This document shows positions 13,431 through 28,059 of a stretch of DNA of 64,000 bases, piece after piece. The notes below the pieces were generated by a model. The model was not told where the DNA came from and searched no databases. It was given only the letters and a program-made list of their open reading frames with translations. Position 1 is the stretch's first letter, and each line of letters begins with the position of its first letter. The stretch lies in assembly GCF_009914755.1 (NCBI RefSeq), contig NC_060929.1. One strand, written 5' to 3'. A program made the position numbers and the translations under genes. This DNA is from the human T2T-CHM13v2.0 reference genome, Homo sapiens.

Positions 13431-14079
13431 TAAAGAAACCTGAGAAAGGAACTGTAGAGAGTATAGTGCAGTGCCTCCTAAAGGTGAATAAGGAATGGAA
13501 TCCCTTTGAAGTAAAAATAATTTCATGGATTCTCTAATGGTTACTTAAATTATCTCTAATATAAGTATAAACTACAACTAGCTAGAAATCACATTGTGTA
13601 AGCACTGGGACAAATATTAAACTGAATACAAGTTTATTAAACTGAATAAAGTTAAAAAGTATGTGTAAACAAAATTATAAACCTAATGTCATTCAAATTG
13701 TTACCATTAGCTTAATGCAACAGATGATGTTTTGCTGAAACGAAATTGCTCCTTCTAACAAGAATATAATACTCACTGCTCTAGCAGCCAGGTTCGTCAA
13801 CAAGTATGTAGTAATATGTGCCATGTGTAACACATCTTCTTTTCTTTCTCTGTCTCTCATTGAAATTTGGGTGCACCAAGTCAGATAAATCATAGTCCTT
13901 AGTTCAGGACACATTCTCATCATTGATCAATTCATGGTCCTCTTTTATTTAGTTTTCACTTATTTATTTATCAAGTTAATTAGGTTTTATGATTTTTATG
14001 TTATAAACAACATTAAATTCACTGCCCAAAATAAAACTGAGGACCCCAACAATAATTTACATCTAATGATAGGGCCCTC

Positions 14080-14570
14080 CCATTCCATTCCCTGGGCTTT
14101 TTCTATCCATAGCAATCATAATCCTAAATTCTTTGTGTATCATGCTTTATTTTTTTTTAAATGTAGTTTTACTTCATATACATAATCTCATGTAGTCCTT
14201 TAAGTGTTTATATATTCCAAAAAAGTATATATTTTTATTGCATTATCTTCATAGAAAAAGAAATATATATATATTTATTATCTTCATAGAAAGAGAAATA
14301 TATATATGTGTATGTATATATACCTCTCTCTTTGGATGCCTTTTTTCTCACTTAATATTATATCACTAAAATCCATCCATATGATGTTGCCGCATGGTGC
14401 TGCACTTCATCCATTTTGGCTACTGTATAATATTCTATTATGTGGATATGCGGCAGTTAATTCATCCACTTTCTTATGAGTGGGCACTGGATTGTTTCCT
14501 TTGTTTTTTTCTGTTGTGAGCAGTGCTGCTCTGAATATTCTTATTTACATTTCCTCGTGTACATGTGTAA
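14080..14570 (-). mobile_element. Old L1 (L1ME-like) fragment
   Basis: catccatatgatgttgc...cattttggctactgtataatattctattatgtggatatg antisense L1 3' region. Confidence 0.6.
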
Positions 14571-14689
14571 AATAGGTCATTTCTTCTACCATTTTTCTCT
14601 ATTCAAACTACAGCAAAACCTATAGCATACCTGATGTTAATGCCCTTCACTTGACTCAAACACATTATTTATGAATATGAATAGACAAT

Positions 14690-14935
14690 CATTAATAAAT
14701 ATTTATTATATGGCAGACAATATTCTAAGAGCTCTCCACATGTCAACTCCTTTAATTTTCACACCAATCCTATGCGATTGTTACTATCATTTTTATTGCC
14801 TATTGTACAGACAAATTGCTGATAATTGAAGGTAGAATAAGTTGCAAGAGGTATTGCCAGGATTCAGATCTAGGCAGTCAGTTTCCAAATCCAGCCAGTC
14901 AGGTTCCAGAGCTTGTACTCTAACTATAACCACCA
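14690..14935 (-). mobile_element. MIR SINE
   Basis: tttaattttcacaccaatcctatg...gccaggattcagatctaggcagtc. Confidence 0.65.
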
Positions 14936-15320
14936 CTACTTATTTCTTTTTGGTTCACAAAATGATGCGATAAACACAAGTGATGAAATCACACGGCAGT
15001 CTGTCCTCAATTAATGAGGGGAATCATCCAGATTAATCAGACTACTTTTACATTAATTAATTTAAGTTAGAATTGAAAGGAACATGCTTAAATTAATATA
15101 CAGTTTTCTTGACACCTTACGAACAGGTCTGTAGGTCACAATTTGAGAAATAATGTTATCATGAAATGATTAGTTGGAATGTCTCTATAGTCTAGGATTT
15201 AAATCACATTTCAGGTAGAAAGCTGGCCAAGACTCTTAGGATTGTAAGTGGCAGAAATCCAATTGAAACTGTCATAACAATAAGATAAAATATTGGCTCA
15301 CAGATTTGTGGAGATTACTG

Positions 15321-15386
15321 AGAAGAAAGAAAAGAAGGAAGGAAGGGAGGAAGGGAGGAAGGAAGGAAGGAAGGAAGGAAGGAAGG
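15321..15386. repeat. (GGAA)n purine microsatellite
   Basis: ggaaggaagggaggaagggaggaaggaaggaaggaaggaaggaaggaagg. Confidence 0.95.
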
Positions 15387-16656
15387 AGAAATAGACAAAT
15401 CCACAAAATCAGAGTTGGAGACTTCATTACGTCTCTCTCAATAATGGATAGAACAACTAGAAAGAAATCAGCAAGAATATAGAAGAATTCAACAGCACAA
15501 TCTATCAACAGGATCTAATAGACATTTATAAAACACTTCACACAACAATGGCAGACTTCAAGCTCTTTTCAAGTACCTATGGAACAGATGCCAAGATAGG
15601 TTAAATCCTGGGCATAAAACAAATCTCAACAAACTTAAGAGAATTGAAACCATACAGGATATGTTCTCTGACCATGTTTGTGGATTAAAAGACTCAACAT
15701 AGCAAAGAAGTTACTTATCCCCAAATTTACAGGCTTAATCAATCCCTATCAAAATCCAAGCAAGATTTTTTAGAAGCCACAATTAGTAATAAAAAACACA
15801 CAAATAATAGTCAAAATTAAATAGTAAACTATCTCAAAATTCAATAGTAAAAAAGCAAACAATCCAGTTACAAAATGGGCAAAAGAAATAAAGAGACATT
15901 TCACTGAAGATGATATGCAAATGGCAAATATGCAGATGAAAAGTTTCAGTATCTTTAGCCATTAGAAAAATGCACATTAAAACCGCAATGACTATCTTCA
16001 CCCACCCATCAGAATGTCTAAAATAAAACATAGTGACAACACTAAATGCTGGCAAAAAACGCATGGAAACTGGATCACTCACACATTGCTAGGTGGAATT
16101 TAATGGAAAACAGTTTGTAAATTTCTTTTAAAAACTAAACCTGCAAAACCATACAACCTAGCAATTGTACCCTTTGGCATCTACCCCAGAGAAATGAAGA
16201 CATATGTTCACACAAATTCCACGAATGTTTACAGCAGCTTTATTTGTAATAGTCAAACCCTGGAGTCAACCCAGATGTCTTTCAACGGGTGAATGGTTAA
16301 ACAAACTGTGGTACTTCCATACCATGGAATACTCAACAGTTAAAAAGAATAAACTATTGATACATACAGTAACTTGAATGACTCTCCAGAGAACTATATT
16401 GAGTGTAAAGAGCTAGTCCCAAAATGTTACATATTGTATGGTTCTATTTACATAACATGAAGAATAGATTCGTGGTTAGCAAGGCTTAAGGAGAGGGCGG
16501 GGTGGGGGGGAAGTGGGTGTGCCTATAAATAAATACATGCAGAATCTCTGTGATGATGGAAATATTCTGTATTTTCACTGCAATGAAGTCAATATTATCA
16601 TTATGATAGTATACTGTAGTTTTACAACATGTTATCATCAGGGAAAGTGGGTAAGA

Positions 16657-17290
<634 letters not shown>

Positions 17291-18589
17291 GTAAAACGTT
17301 CATCACACCTTTAAAATTAGCAATGATAAACCCATTACACGTTAACATAAATTTCAAGTTTTATGAAAAAAAGCATTTTCTAGAACAAAAAATTTAGTAA
17401 GAAGAGTGGCATTGTTTTATATATTTGCGAATCTCTTTCATGCAGTTTAATAGACATGGGTGGATTCTCCTATTTGCTTCTGTACTCAGTTTCTCAAGAT
17501 ATCTAGTTTTGGTAGAAGAATAAAAGAAAATGTGGTGTTACATGGATGTATAGTTGAAAAAGGGTAGGGTATTTTTAATAGTCATTTTAGTTAATTGCTG
17601 ATATTCTTTCTTGATACTGTACCAAAACTCAACAAGTAGCTTCCTAAAGATTGGTGACATTATGAGATCACTAATAATATCAATGAATATTTTGCACTCT
17701 TTAGTTAAAATCAGTTGGTCCATCTTGCATTTTAACTAGACTTTTCACCCAAGAGTTACTTGGTAACATTGTGAATGGTAATTTGAAAAATATTTGTTCA
17801 CTGAGTTATTTTATGCAAATCTTCCCATGTTGACACCTTCCATTATAGAATATCAAAAAAAAAAAGTTTGTTAATATCATCGCTGACTTTATAAAAGCTG
17901 TCTTTAAGCATTGGCAAATACAGGCTTTCCCAAATTATGTTTTTTGTTTCAAATTTTGGTATTTATCGACAACAAATACTTCTATTTTCCTTGAAATCAC
18001 AGGCCCACATTGTTCATTAGCTAGAAAACATCTGCCAAATACCTAAATAACTATTTTTTCTGTCAGTAATTTTTTTTTCAAGTAAAAATGGTGCAGCATA
18101 GAAAAGTGGCTATTTAAGCTTACAACTCAAATAATCACACAAGTGCTTTTCCTCAAGACAATAATTAGTTGTGCTTCGTGTGCAGAAGTGCTTCATGAAT
18201 ACTTTGCATTTTGTCACACAGAACATGAAAAAAGGGTATTCACATGTAAAATGTAATACAATTAGTTTAACTGCTACATCTATGATATCCGTAAGTGAAA
18301 ATGGCATTAATTTTTTAATGTCAGTGTATAGCTATAAAAAACGACAATGATTATTAACACAGTTTGGTGCCACTGACTTGATTCTTGTTAAGGCACCAGC
18401 AGTTTTACTCATCATTTCTTCTGTATCATCATTGAAATGGCAACACAGTGAAAAGAGCAAGTAATGTCATAATAAATTATTTAAGAAGTTTTAACTTCAT
18501 AGACACCCTGAAAGTATATGAGACCCCTAGGGCCCTAGGGATCACTTTTTGACAGCCCATTGCTCTGTTATAACAAACCTTTTCCTTCT

Positions 18590-18680
18590 TTAGTTCAACT
18601 CGTGTTTACCATCTCCTAGAGCAGTAAGTAGCACATGGTAGATGCCCAATAAATATTTGTTGAATAAAGAATGAATTAAT
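18590..18680 (+). mobile_element. L2 3' end
   Basis: agcacatggtagatgcccaataaatatttgttgaataaagaatgaat. Confidence 0.75.
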
Positions 18681-18681
18681 G

Positions 18682-18853
18682 AGCTGGGCGTGGTGGTGTG
18701 CTTCTGTAGTCCTAGCTACTCAGGAAGCTAACAAGGGCAGATTGCTTGAGTCCAGAAGTTCAAGGCTACAATGAGCTATGATAGTGCCACCGCACTCTAG
18801 CCTGGGTGACAGAGTGACAGAACCAGATCCCACCTCTAAAAAAAGAAAAGAAA
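18682..18853 (+). mobile_element. Alu monomer (FRAM/FAM-like)
   Basis: Single right-arm-like unit agctgggcgtggtggtgtgc...gcactctagcctgggtgacagag with A-rich tail. Confidence 0.85.
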
Positions 18854-19489
18854 CAATTTAGCCCTGTGGACACTTGATTGAAATTTCTTTACCACCCCAG
18901 AAATGTACAAAGACAAATATTTCAAAAAAGAAAACAATAAGAATAGTTCTAGTTTGAGGTTTAGTATATAAAAGCAGATGTAAACCAGGAAGTAAACATA
19001 TTATGGATATGACAGAGATATTCATAAGGCATCATAGAAACCATGGGTTCTTTCTTATCTCAAATGTCCATGCAAGTCCAAAGGGAAATGGCAGTAACCC
19101 TTTTATTAAGATGAATCAGATGATAAATTCATTATAAAAATATGGGCTTTATGACTACCTTAGAAAAGTCTGTTAAACTAGATTATTCTGAGAGAAAAAA
19201 AGTGTCTAAAACAGTATCCCTGTAGCATTATTACCCAAACATCTAATACACTTATTATGATTACCTTTATTTTTGTTATAGGTTTAATGTAAGTAGATGA
19301 CACTGTGCATTCGATTTTATTCTTTACTAAACTGTATACATATTTTTATTCCAAAACATGCCACTTCTTCACCTGAGACATAGAGATAGTTATACAATGT
19401 AGTTATTTGAATAAAAAACAAGATTCAAAACCTGCTGTTTTGAATAACACACATACCATCATAGGCAACAATAAATAGTAAATAGAATT

Positions 19490-19690
19490 TGGGGTTAAAA
19501 GAAACAAAATCAGGGTTGGAATCCTTGCTCTGCTCTTTTCAGATCTGTAAGTACCTGGATGAGTTTGATTTATATAATCCTGAGTTCCCTCACGTATAAA
19601 AGGAAAAGAATAAAATTAATTTAATTTCATAGAATTTCTGTGAGTTTCCAATGAAGTAATGTATGTGAAAGTGGTTTACAAATTGTAATA
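19490..19690 (+). mobile_element. MIR SINE
   Basis: gggttggaatccttgctctgc...ctgagttccctcacgtataaaagg...aatgtatgtgaaagtg. Confidence 0.55.
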
Positions 19691-19849
19691 AAAATTCAAT
19701 TGATAGTTATATTTATTACCATTTTCCAATTCAAATTAAGTTTGGTTACACCTAAAGTCTTCTTAAGGCATGCTAATATTGGGAAAACCATCTTAATTAT
19801 AAATATTAAAAATAAAGGAAAATGCCTTTTATTTTTCAAAAAGGAGTAG

Positions 19850-20760
19850 TGGAAATGTAGATAATCATTTTCTATCTCCAAACTAATCAGCTGTAAAAAT
19901 CATGCATGTTCTAAGGCTCATAATAAAAACAGAAAAAAAAATTAAGATCCAAGATCAGAGATGAAGAAAGGATTAATCGCAATTTACAAACCACTGAAAA
20001 AACATCTTATTGGGCACTTAATGACCTCATTAAAGTAATATATTTTTTCCTCCATTTAAAATATTTTTTGCATATAAAGTATGTCTATCTCTCATGCAGT
20101 CAATTATCTCTCACAGCATGAGACCATTCCCAATACATGCACATGAAGGAAGCAACACACTATACTGTTTGTTTGAAACTAACAGGTACACTAGCATATT
20201 CTACCATCCCAACATACCTTTAATATCCCAGTGTTAAAAAAGGCTTTTCATAATTATAAACTAGCAATAGTGTATGAATAATCCAGTATGGAGTACTGAT
20301 TCAATTACTTAAAATGATAAATCTATTGGGAAATCTCTTTATTTTCATTTTATTTTTTTCACAAATGCAGGGAGAAAAAAGCTATAGGGATCATTTCTTG
20401 TCTTAGTCTAAGCACCCCTGTGGAGAAGATCCAAGCGTGAAGCTTCCTTTGAAGTGAATGGAATCTCCACACTCAGATCAGCTCTGAGGGTATATAGAGG
20501 AGAACAAGAAACTGGCCGCATGAAAGCAGCTATTAGCATTTAAATGAGGCTAGGCTTAAAAGAAAATTTATGCATCAAAAAATACTAAGATTTGAAAACG
20601 AAGATACAATTTTTTCAATAATCTTAGGTCATGCCATCTTGCATTAGAAACAGGTATTTCTTAGGTCCAACAAAGAAAACAACAATAGAAAATGTTCAAA
20701 GAACTTAAAGATTAGGTCAGAAATAGGAAACCTATATCATATTGAAATATCACAGATGCC
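19850..20760 (+). repeat. Left arm of an old inverted repeat pair
   Basis: Collinear similarity to the reverse complement of ~28060-28920; 81/120 ungapped identities for 20381-20500 vs rc(28351-28470). Confidence 0.85.
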
Positions 20761-21149
20761 AGGTATTCCTACTGTGGGAACACATAGAAGTCTGGCAACA
20801 TCCATGGATTGTATCTACCACAAATCCTGATATTTATTCTGTATTTAATACTGGTGTGCCTAAAAAGTGAAGAAAAAATAAACAAAATAAAATAAAAATA
20901 ATCATCACAAAACAATATTCCGATTAAGAATTCAAGCATAAATCTTGCTGATGAGGGTAAATTCAGCATAGAAAAGATAATATTCTTTGAATGCAAAATG
21001 GATCTGCCATCTACAGAACCAAAATAGAAACACAGATCAGAGTTATTTCAGCAGTATCAATCATATGTCAACCAAGAGCTAGTCTTTAAATAACATCACT
21101 GGTGTCGTCACTGTGCTAGGCTGAGTTTAAGTGATAACTCCTGATTTTG

Positions 21150-22770
21150 AGGTTTACACATACAATATAAGGCAATATATGCGAGGCACCAATAATTTTC
21201 TGAGAGAAGAGCATCACAGTAAGCTAAAGTGGTCTGGAAAGGCTTCCTAAATGATTCTCAGAGGATGGAGAACACTTCACTCAGCAGGGTGTGGTGTTGA
21301 CGTCCCTGATGTAGAGGGAGGTGCCCATGCAGAAACTCGAAAAAAGGCAGAATGATGTCTCTGGAAGATAGGAAGCAGATCAGCTGGACTAGGACAAATG
21401 GTCCTGTCAGTGCCTGATGACCGATAAAGGAGGAAGGGAAGGCTGAGATCAGAATGTGGAGGGCTTTCCATGCCAAATCTCTTGTGATTCATAGAATTGC
21501 ACATTACAGACAACAGTGGTGATTAACAGGTCCAAGCCACTAGGTTACCTGTGATTCCTTCTTCAAGCACCCATGGCAAATTGTCACCCAGTCTGCTTGA
21601 AGAAAGGCGTGTAACTGATGGCTATATTGTTCTGAAGCAAACTCCTTACTTTTCTTAAGGCCCTCATATTTTCTCCTTGCATACACCAGGAACTCATATA
21701 CCATGAACTCTCAAATTTGGGTTTAAAGCATGACTGAATAACATACACTTAGTGCTAGGAGACTTCAGGGGACGCAGATGGAACTAGCTAGGGGTGGTAT
21801 CACAGAAAAAGAGGACTTCAATAAGGTTTTGAATCATGAGTAGTATTTAAGTGCAGAGAGGAAAGGGAAGGTTTCTAGGCAAGGAGATTTTATGAGCTTG
21901 AAGCTTGAAGACAATAAAAAATATGCATTAAAGGAAAAAAACCTACAAAGATCAGCCTATTAGCACAAAGTTTTTGAGACTAGTGAATGTGAACACCCTC
22001 GAAAAATATTAAGAGTTTGGATTTGTTGATGTAGATGAAGGGTCTCTAACCCCTGGGCTACAGACTGGTACTGGTTTGTGGCCTGTTAGGAGCCAGGCCA
22101 CTCAGCAGGAGGTGAGCAGCGGGCAACCAGTGAAACTTCATGTGTATTTACAGCGCTCCCCATCACTGGCATTACTGCCTGAGCTCCACCTCCTGTCAGA
22201 TTAGCTGCAGCATTAGATCCTCTTAGGAGTGCAAACTCTCATGTGAACTGCGCATTTGAGGGATCTAGGTTGCACACTTCTTATGAGAATCAAATGCCTG
22301 ATGATCTGTCACTGTCTCCCATCACCCCCAGATGGGACTGTCATATTACAGGAAAACAATCTCAGGGCTCCCACTAATTCTACATTATGAGTTGTATAAT
22401 TATTTCATTATATATGACAATGCAATAATAATAGAAATAAATTGCACAATCAATGTAATGTGTTTGAATCATCCCCAAACTGTTCTCCCTACCCTCCCCT
22501 TCTGCTCTGCGGAAAAATGGTCTTCTATAAAACCAGTCCCTGGTGCCAAAAAGGTTGGGGATTGCTGATGCAGAGAGTAAGTTGTTACAGTGGGTTCTTG
22601 AGTAAAACTGGAGTTTAGGATGTGAGGAAAACATATTCTGAAAACAGCATTTTAGGAAGACCAGACTAATGATAGTGGACAGGGTAGACTAATTTGGAGA
22701 AAAACTGAAGGCAGAAATACGAGTTAAGAGTCTTTTCAATTAGAAAAGTAATAAGGATGAAATTAGCAAA
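21150..22770 (-). mobile_element. L2 fragments (interrupted by MER1A)
   Basis: ggaaaggcttcctaa, gggctttccatgccaaa, aggcagaaatacgagttaagag purine-rich L2 motifs; patchy. Confidence 0.5.
22037..22567 (+). mobile_element. MER1A (hAT-Charlie) DNA element, full length
   Basis: Matches MER1A end to end (gcctgttaggagccaggcc...ctggtgccaaaaaggttggggattgctg); degenerate 8-bp TSD atgtagat/atgcagag. Confidence 0.93.
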
Positions 22771-22779
22771 CACTTTAAA

Positions 22780-23575
22780 AAACAATTTGGGATTACCTGG
22801 TAAAGCTGTACAGGCACATATGCTATGGCCCAACAATTCTGTTCCTTTGTACATTCCTAAAGAAACTCTTCACATATGCACCACAAAACATGTATATAAG
22901 CATTATTTGTATCAGTAGAAACCTGGAAACTACCCAAATATTCATTAAGAGTAGAATAAATAAATTGCAGTGTATGCACACAGACCAATGAAAATAAGTA
23001 ACTACAGCTACACCAACATGTAAGAACCACCAAAACATGTTGACTGAAAAAAAAATTCACAAGAGAATTATATATATTAATTATGTTGTTAATTATCTCT
23101 ATGTGTACACATATATAAACTTCTTTGCAAATTGTATTGATTGCTTATTTCATGCTTATGAATTTCAAAAACATAAAATGACTATATTTTGTTTACAAAT
23201 ACATACAAATGTGGAAACCCTATAAAGGAATGATAATAAAGTTCAGGATGTCATTTACCTCTGAGGAAAGGAGGAGTGCACGACTAAGAAGTGGCAGGGC
23301 CTTCTGAGGTTCTAGCAATATTCCATTTCTTAAGCTGGAGGTTTTTATAAGAATTCACTTTTTGATTTATATACTATATTAAATACAGTATATATGTTTA
23401 ATACAATATACTATTTTATATTATATTTAATATATATTATATTTAATATATACTATATTTAATATAAATATACACAATATATACTATATATTTAACATAT
23501 ATATTTATATAACATAGGTACTTTTATATACCCTTTAGTAGTTGTGATATATTTCACCAGTTAAAATGTTTGAAA
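22780..23575 (+). mobile_element. L1ME-like 3' fragment with internal TA-rich expansion (~23370-23520)
   Basis: atgctatggcccaacaattctg...aaacctggaaactacccaaatattc...ataaattgcagtgtatgcac. Confidence 0.7.
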
Positions 23576-24187
23576 CAAATAATAAAGACTTGACCTAGAA
23601 TTATAACTGTGGACACGTAAGGGAATGCATGGGTGGTCAGATGCATGTTTCAATCATTTGGATAAGATTATTGCAAGAGTCAATTTTGAAGTGGCAATAC
23701 TAGTGCAGAGGATAAACGCTCCAAATCAATTATGCTCTAAAACTATTACTTGGATTTGGAATGAAAGAGTAACAATTCTAATAATCTTTTCTTAGGCTTT
23801 TTGGCAAAGGGTGGCCTGGTAGATGGATAGCAGGCATGAACTACTAAGGCATGCTAGCGTGTATTTATCCACTCAGAAGTACAATGCAGTAAGTTTCTCA
23901 AAATATGAGCTGCAACCTGGTGGTCTTCCATCCCACTCCTCTGTCCCACTAATTCCATACCTGGTATTGATTCCCTGACTAGTTATAGAATTTCTCTTTC
24001 ACTTTTCCAAAAATATTTATAGAAAATGAAGGCTTATGGTCTTTCTCCCTCTCTCCTGCCCTCTGTTTTTACCTTCCTTTCTCCTGCAGTGTTGACTGTG
24101 CACAAACTAAATGTCAATCCTGTATAAGGTACTGAGAGCCAAAGGTGAAGAGGCATGGGTCTTAGCTTTCATACAAGATGTAGTGGG

Positions 24188-24791
24188 TATACTACTTTTC
24201 TATTGTTGCTTTAACAAATAACATACCTAGCACCTTAGAACAATACAAACTTTTTATCTTACAGTTCGGTAGATCTGAAGTCCAAAGTGTGTCTCTCCAG
24301 GCGAAAATCAAAATGTTGATGAGCTGTGTTCCCTTCTGGTGGCTCTAGAGGCACTTCCATATCCTTCCTCACTTAGGTTGCTGGCAGACTTGTTTCTTCC
24401 AGTTGTAGAACTAAGGAAACTGTTTCCTTTCTAGCTGTTGGCCTGGAGTTATTCTCAGCTTCTAGACCCACCTGCAATTCTTGGCTCGTGGTCCCCTTTA
24501 TTTTCAAAGCCAGCCATAGTAGTCTGGTCCACCTCCTGTCTCTTTTCTCCCACCTCTTTTCCATCTTTGAATCTCTTTGGCCAACTGTTCTGCCTTCTTT
24601 TTCTACTTTGAAGGACCCATGTGATTAGACTTGGCCCACCTGGATAATCCAGGATAATCTTCCCATTTCAAGGTCCTTAATCTTAATCACATCTGCAAAC
24701 TCTCTTTCGTTTGGTAACTAAAGATAACATATTTACAGGTTCCGAGGATTAGAGCATGGACATCTTTGGAGGCCATTAATCTACTGCTACA
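24188..24791 (-). mobile_element. MaLR solo LTR (MLT1E-like)
   Basis: ttttctattgttgctttaacaaat...ggcccacctggataatccaggataatct...ggattagagcatggacatctttggaggccatt. Confidence 0.8.
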
Positions 24792-27590
24792 ATGGATTAA
24801 AAAAAAAAACTAAAATGGAAAATAAAAGCTACATGCTTATTAATGTGCAACCATGGAGCATTGATTAATGGAGCAACCATGCCAGGAATGAATGAAACCC
24901 ACCATTTGATTTAGTGTATTTCTCCAGTTTCTTTTTCTGGAAAGAAAGTTGCAATAAGTGAGGGGCATAGCACAATAAGCATTCAACAATACACATAGTA
25001 GGCATTCAACAAATAGAAGATCTCCTATAACCCAAATGCCCTCACTAATACCACCCTCCAGTGTTTTCCCTTTAATACTCACGCAGTAATCCAATCTTCC
25101 ACCTAGTTAGATTGATAAGAAGACCTGCCTTTTATCAGATTCCCCTTCCCAGGCAATTCACAAGGATCATGACATGTTCCACAAGTTAGTTCTGGTGTTC
25201 TTTCTTGCTTCTCCCTCTGCACTGCTACCCCAGTCTCCTGTGTAAGTCAGATCATGTCACCAACATTTCCCTACTGCCATGGCTGGTAACAAATAGCTCT
25301 TACATCTCTTTCGCAAGGACTGACCCACACCTTTCTTTTTGCTCTTCTAAGCTCATCAAAGACCAGTATACAGGAATGAGAAAAAGAATACAATGCAGGC
25401 AGGGAATATAAACTTGGATGTTCATTATTGCTGTCCACAGAGTCATTCATCCATACCCCCACACACAATGATTCCCCTACTGACCATCTCTCTTTTATTT
25501 CTCTGCTTCTGGGACCAACCCGGTTGCTAATGGCCAGAGTATGCTTTGACAAGTCCCTTCCTATAGCTGCTTCAAGCATACAAGCAGCCAATTTCTCAGG
25601 TGTCCTTTCCTGAGGAGGCTGTGACCCTTATCTTTGAAGAGTAAAACTCCTGCTGGTGAATAGCTCCCAGGCACAACAACCTCCCACAACAGGCAACAGC
25701 ATCATGGCTGGCGGGTCAAGCATTAAGAAAACACTGACATTTAAAAATGGTTGTTTCTTTCAGCCATCAATGTTTCTGAAACACAGAGCTCTAATCTCAA
25801 GGCATTTCCTTGCAATAATTTTTATGTTATTTTTCTCATAGAATAATTTTATGTTGAAAGAAACTTGCAGTCCTCTAGGCTAACACCTCAATGTATGATG
25901 AAAAAACTGACACCCAGAGAGAAGTAATGTATACGTCACACAGCTTATTACCAATAAATGTACAATAATGAGAAGCAGGTATTCTGACTTCCCGTGTGCT
26001 AATTTGAAAAGCTTTTTTCTATTTGTGTTAAAACCAAAAAATTTCAATACCCTTATGTGGTTTTCTGTTGCTGCTAAATATGACTGGAAAGTCTATGTCA
26101 TTCTTTGTACATCTGGGTTATTTTTCTTGTTGAGAACAAATCTCCAATGCCATCCTATTATGAACCTAAAATAGAGACACAAATCTAAAGCTGCAAAATA
26201 AAAAAGAATACAAATATGATAAGCAAGAAAACTATTTGTGTAGTTTTACATTTGTGTAGCAAATATACTTCATTTTCAGTTTTCAAGTTATTGAAAAGAA
26301 ATAGATTATGACAAAGGAGGCAGATTATGCCCTTTGAACATAAAATTCATCATTTTTTTCCAACAGTAAATGTATCACATGCTTATTTGGGAAAATCCAG
26401 AAAAGTATAATGCATTTTCTAAATTTCACAAAATTGAGACCACTCAAATATTTTAAAGGAAACTATCAATCCTTCCAATTTAATTTATACACATAAATAC
26501 TTTTTGTACATTTTTCACTTGAAAAATATGAGGGATTTCTTCCCTTTTTATTAGGAAATTAAATTCATCCATCTGGTGAAAAACTAAGTAAATTTCTTAT
26601 TTAAAAAATCAAAGCTTTTGGAGCTTTGAGTGTCATAGACATTGATTTCCAGAAAATTGTAGTGATTCCATGATTTTTCTAGCTTCCATCACCATCATAC
26701 CAGTTTCTTAGACTGCTAGTAATCTCTTCATATCAGGCAGTAGAGAAAAGCAGTATTTACTTAGACTTCACTTGACCTTGTAATCTCAACTGTCCAGTCA
26801 AATAACATTAGCCTATTCAATTTCTCCAGTATATCCACTTTCTATCAACAGATTTTCCTCTTGTATCTTCCTACTTCACCTCAATCCACCTTATCTCATC
26901 ATACTAAACTATGTATGGACAAAGTTTTTATGGTTTATATTATCTTATTTATATAAACTATCATGTATTCTCTTTGTGTTAGGCTATTTTCATTCCACAA
27001 GCATACTGATTGTATTAACTACTTGTGTGAAACTGCCAGCAGCATTTTAACACTCCTTTTTCAGAATCAAATATTTGGTTCTTCATTAGTGCTGAATCTA
27101 CATAAAATTGATGACCCTGGTTGTCCTTGTAATTATTTTATTTCTAAACCCTGGACTTTATAGACAGAATTAATTATAGCATGTATCTGTTTTTTAACTG
27201 CGAAATTGGATAATGGCTTAATAGCTCAAGGGGATTACTTGTGGGAATTTAAGACCTGTAAGATTCAATTTCCCCCATGTCTATTTTCCTGCAGTGATCT
27301 ATGGCTTTGATTCCAGTCACAGATCCACCAAAATGAGGGTAGGTCATGGATATGTTGCTGTGTCTTTTTTTGAGAAGTCATGGATTTTCCTTGTGAATCA
27401 GCCTTGCTAGCACAGCCAGAAACCTAAGGTAGGTAGAGACAACATAACTTGGCATGGAGAACTTACCTTGTGAAACCAAATTAACTTTTTTAATTAAAAA
27501 AAAAGTTTAACTGCATCTAATAGGTAGGTAGTTCATATTTAATAGTATATTAACAAAGAATAGTTTTACTTGCTAAGTGTTTATACCCTA

Positions 27591-27773
27591 CAGATGGTTG
27601 CCCTGACTAAACATAAAAACCACCTGGGGAATTAAATAAACACCTATCCTCGGGCCCCACCCCCAGAGAGTTTTGTTTATTGGGTCTGAAGCCAGTCCGA
27701 GGCAGGGCTGAGGTGGCAGGATTGTTAAAGCTTCCCAGGTGATTCTAATATGTAGACAAGATTGAGAATCATT
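27591..27773. mobile_element. MER5A-like hAT element
   Basis: accacctgggga...gggccccacccccagagag...cttcccaggtgattctaatatg...ttgagaatcatt. Confidence 0.75.
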
Positions 27774-28059
27774 ATGTCTAGCCAGTAGTACTGAAACGTA
27801 TTTTTCTCCTCTGAATAACAGCATTGTGTGAAGTTAGAGGGGCCAATTTCTGGGGAATGTGGGATATATGAATCATAATTAGGCCCTCTAAGTGTCAACC
27901 ACAGTCTGGGCAGGGAACACCTGTGGAGCAAGGAATTAAAAATGAATGATACCCTTTGTATTGTAACGATAATACATTCTACTCTCCGGGAAGCTATTAA
28001 AATATTCCCCTTAAGATTTTTTTTTTCAAATCTATTTTAAAGTGTCACAAGAGAAAGTA

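Noticed and set aside
23370-23520. AT-rich quasi-palindrome
   Set aside because: Ordinary degenerate (TA)-rich expansion within an L1; no long perfect arms
25205-25841. Cluster of 61-106 aa ORFs in non-repeat sequence
   Set aside because: No recognisable domain, mostly non-ATG starts and no convincing splice-bounded coding frame
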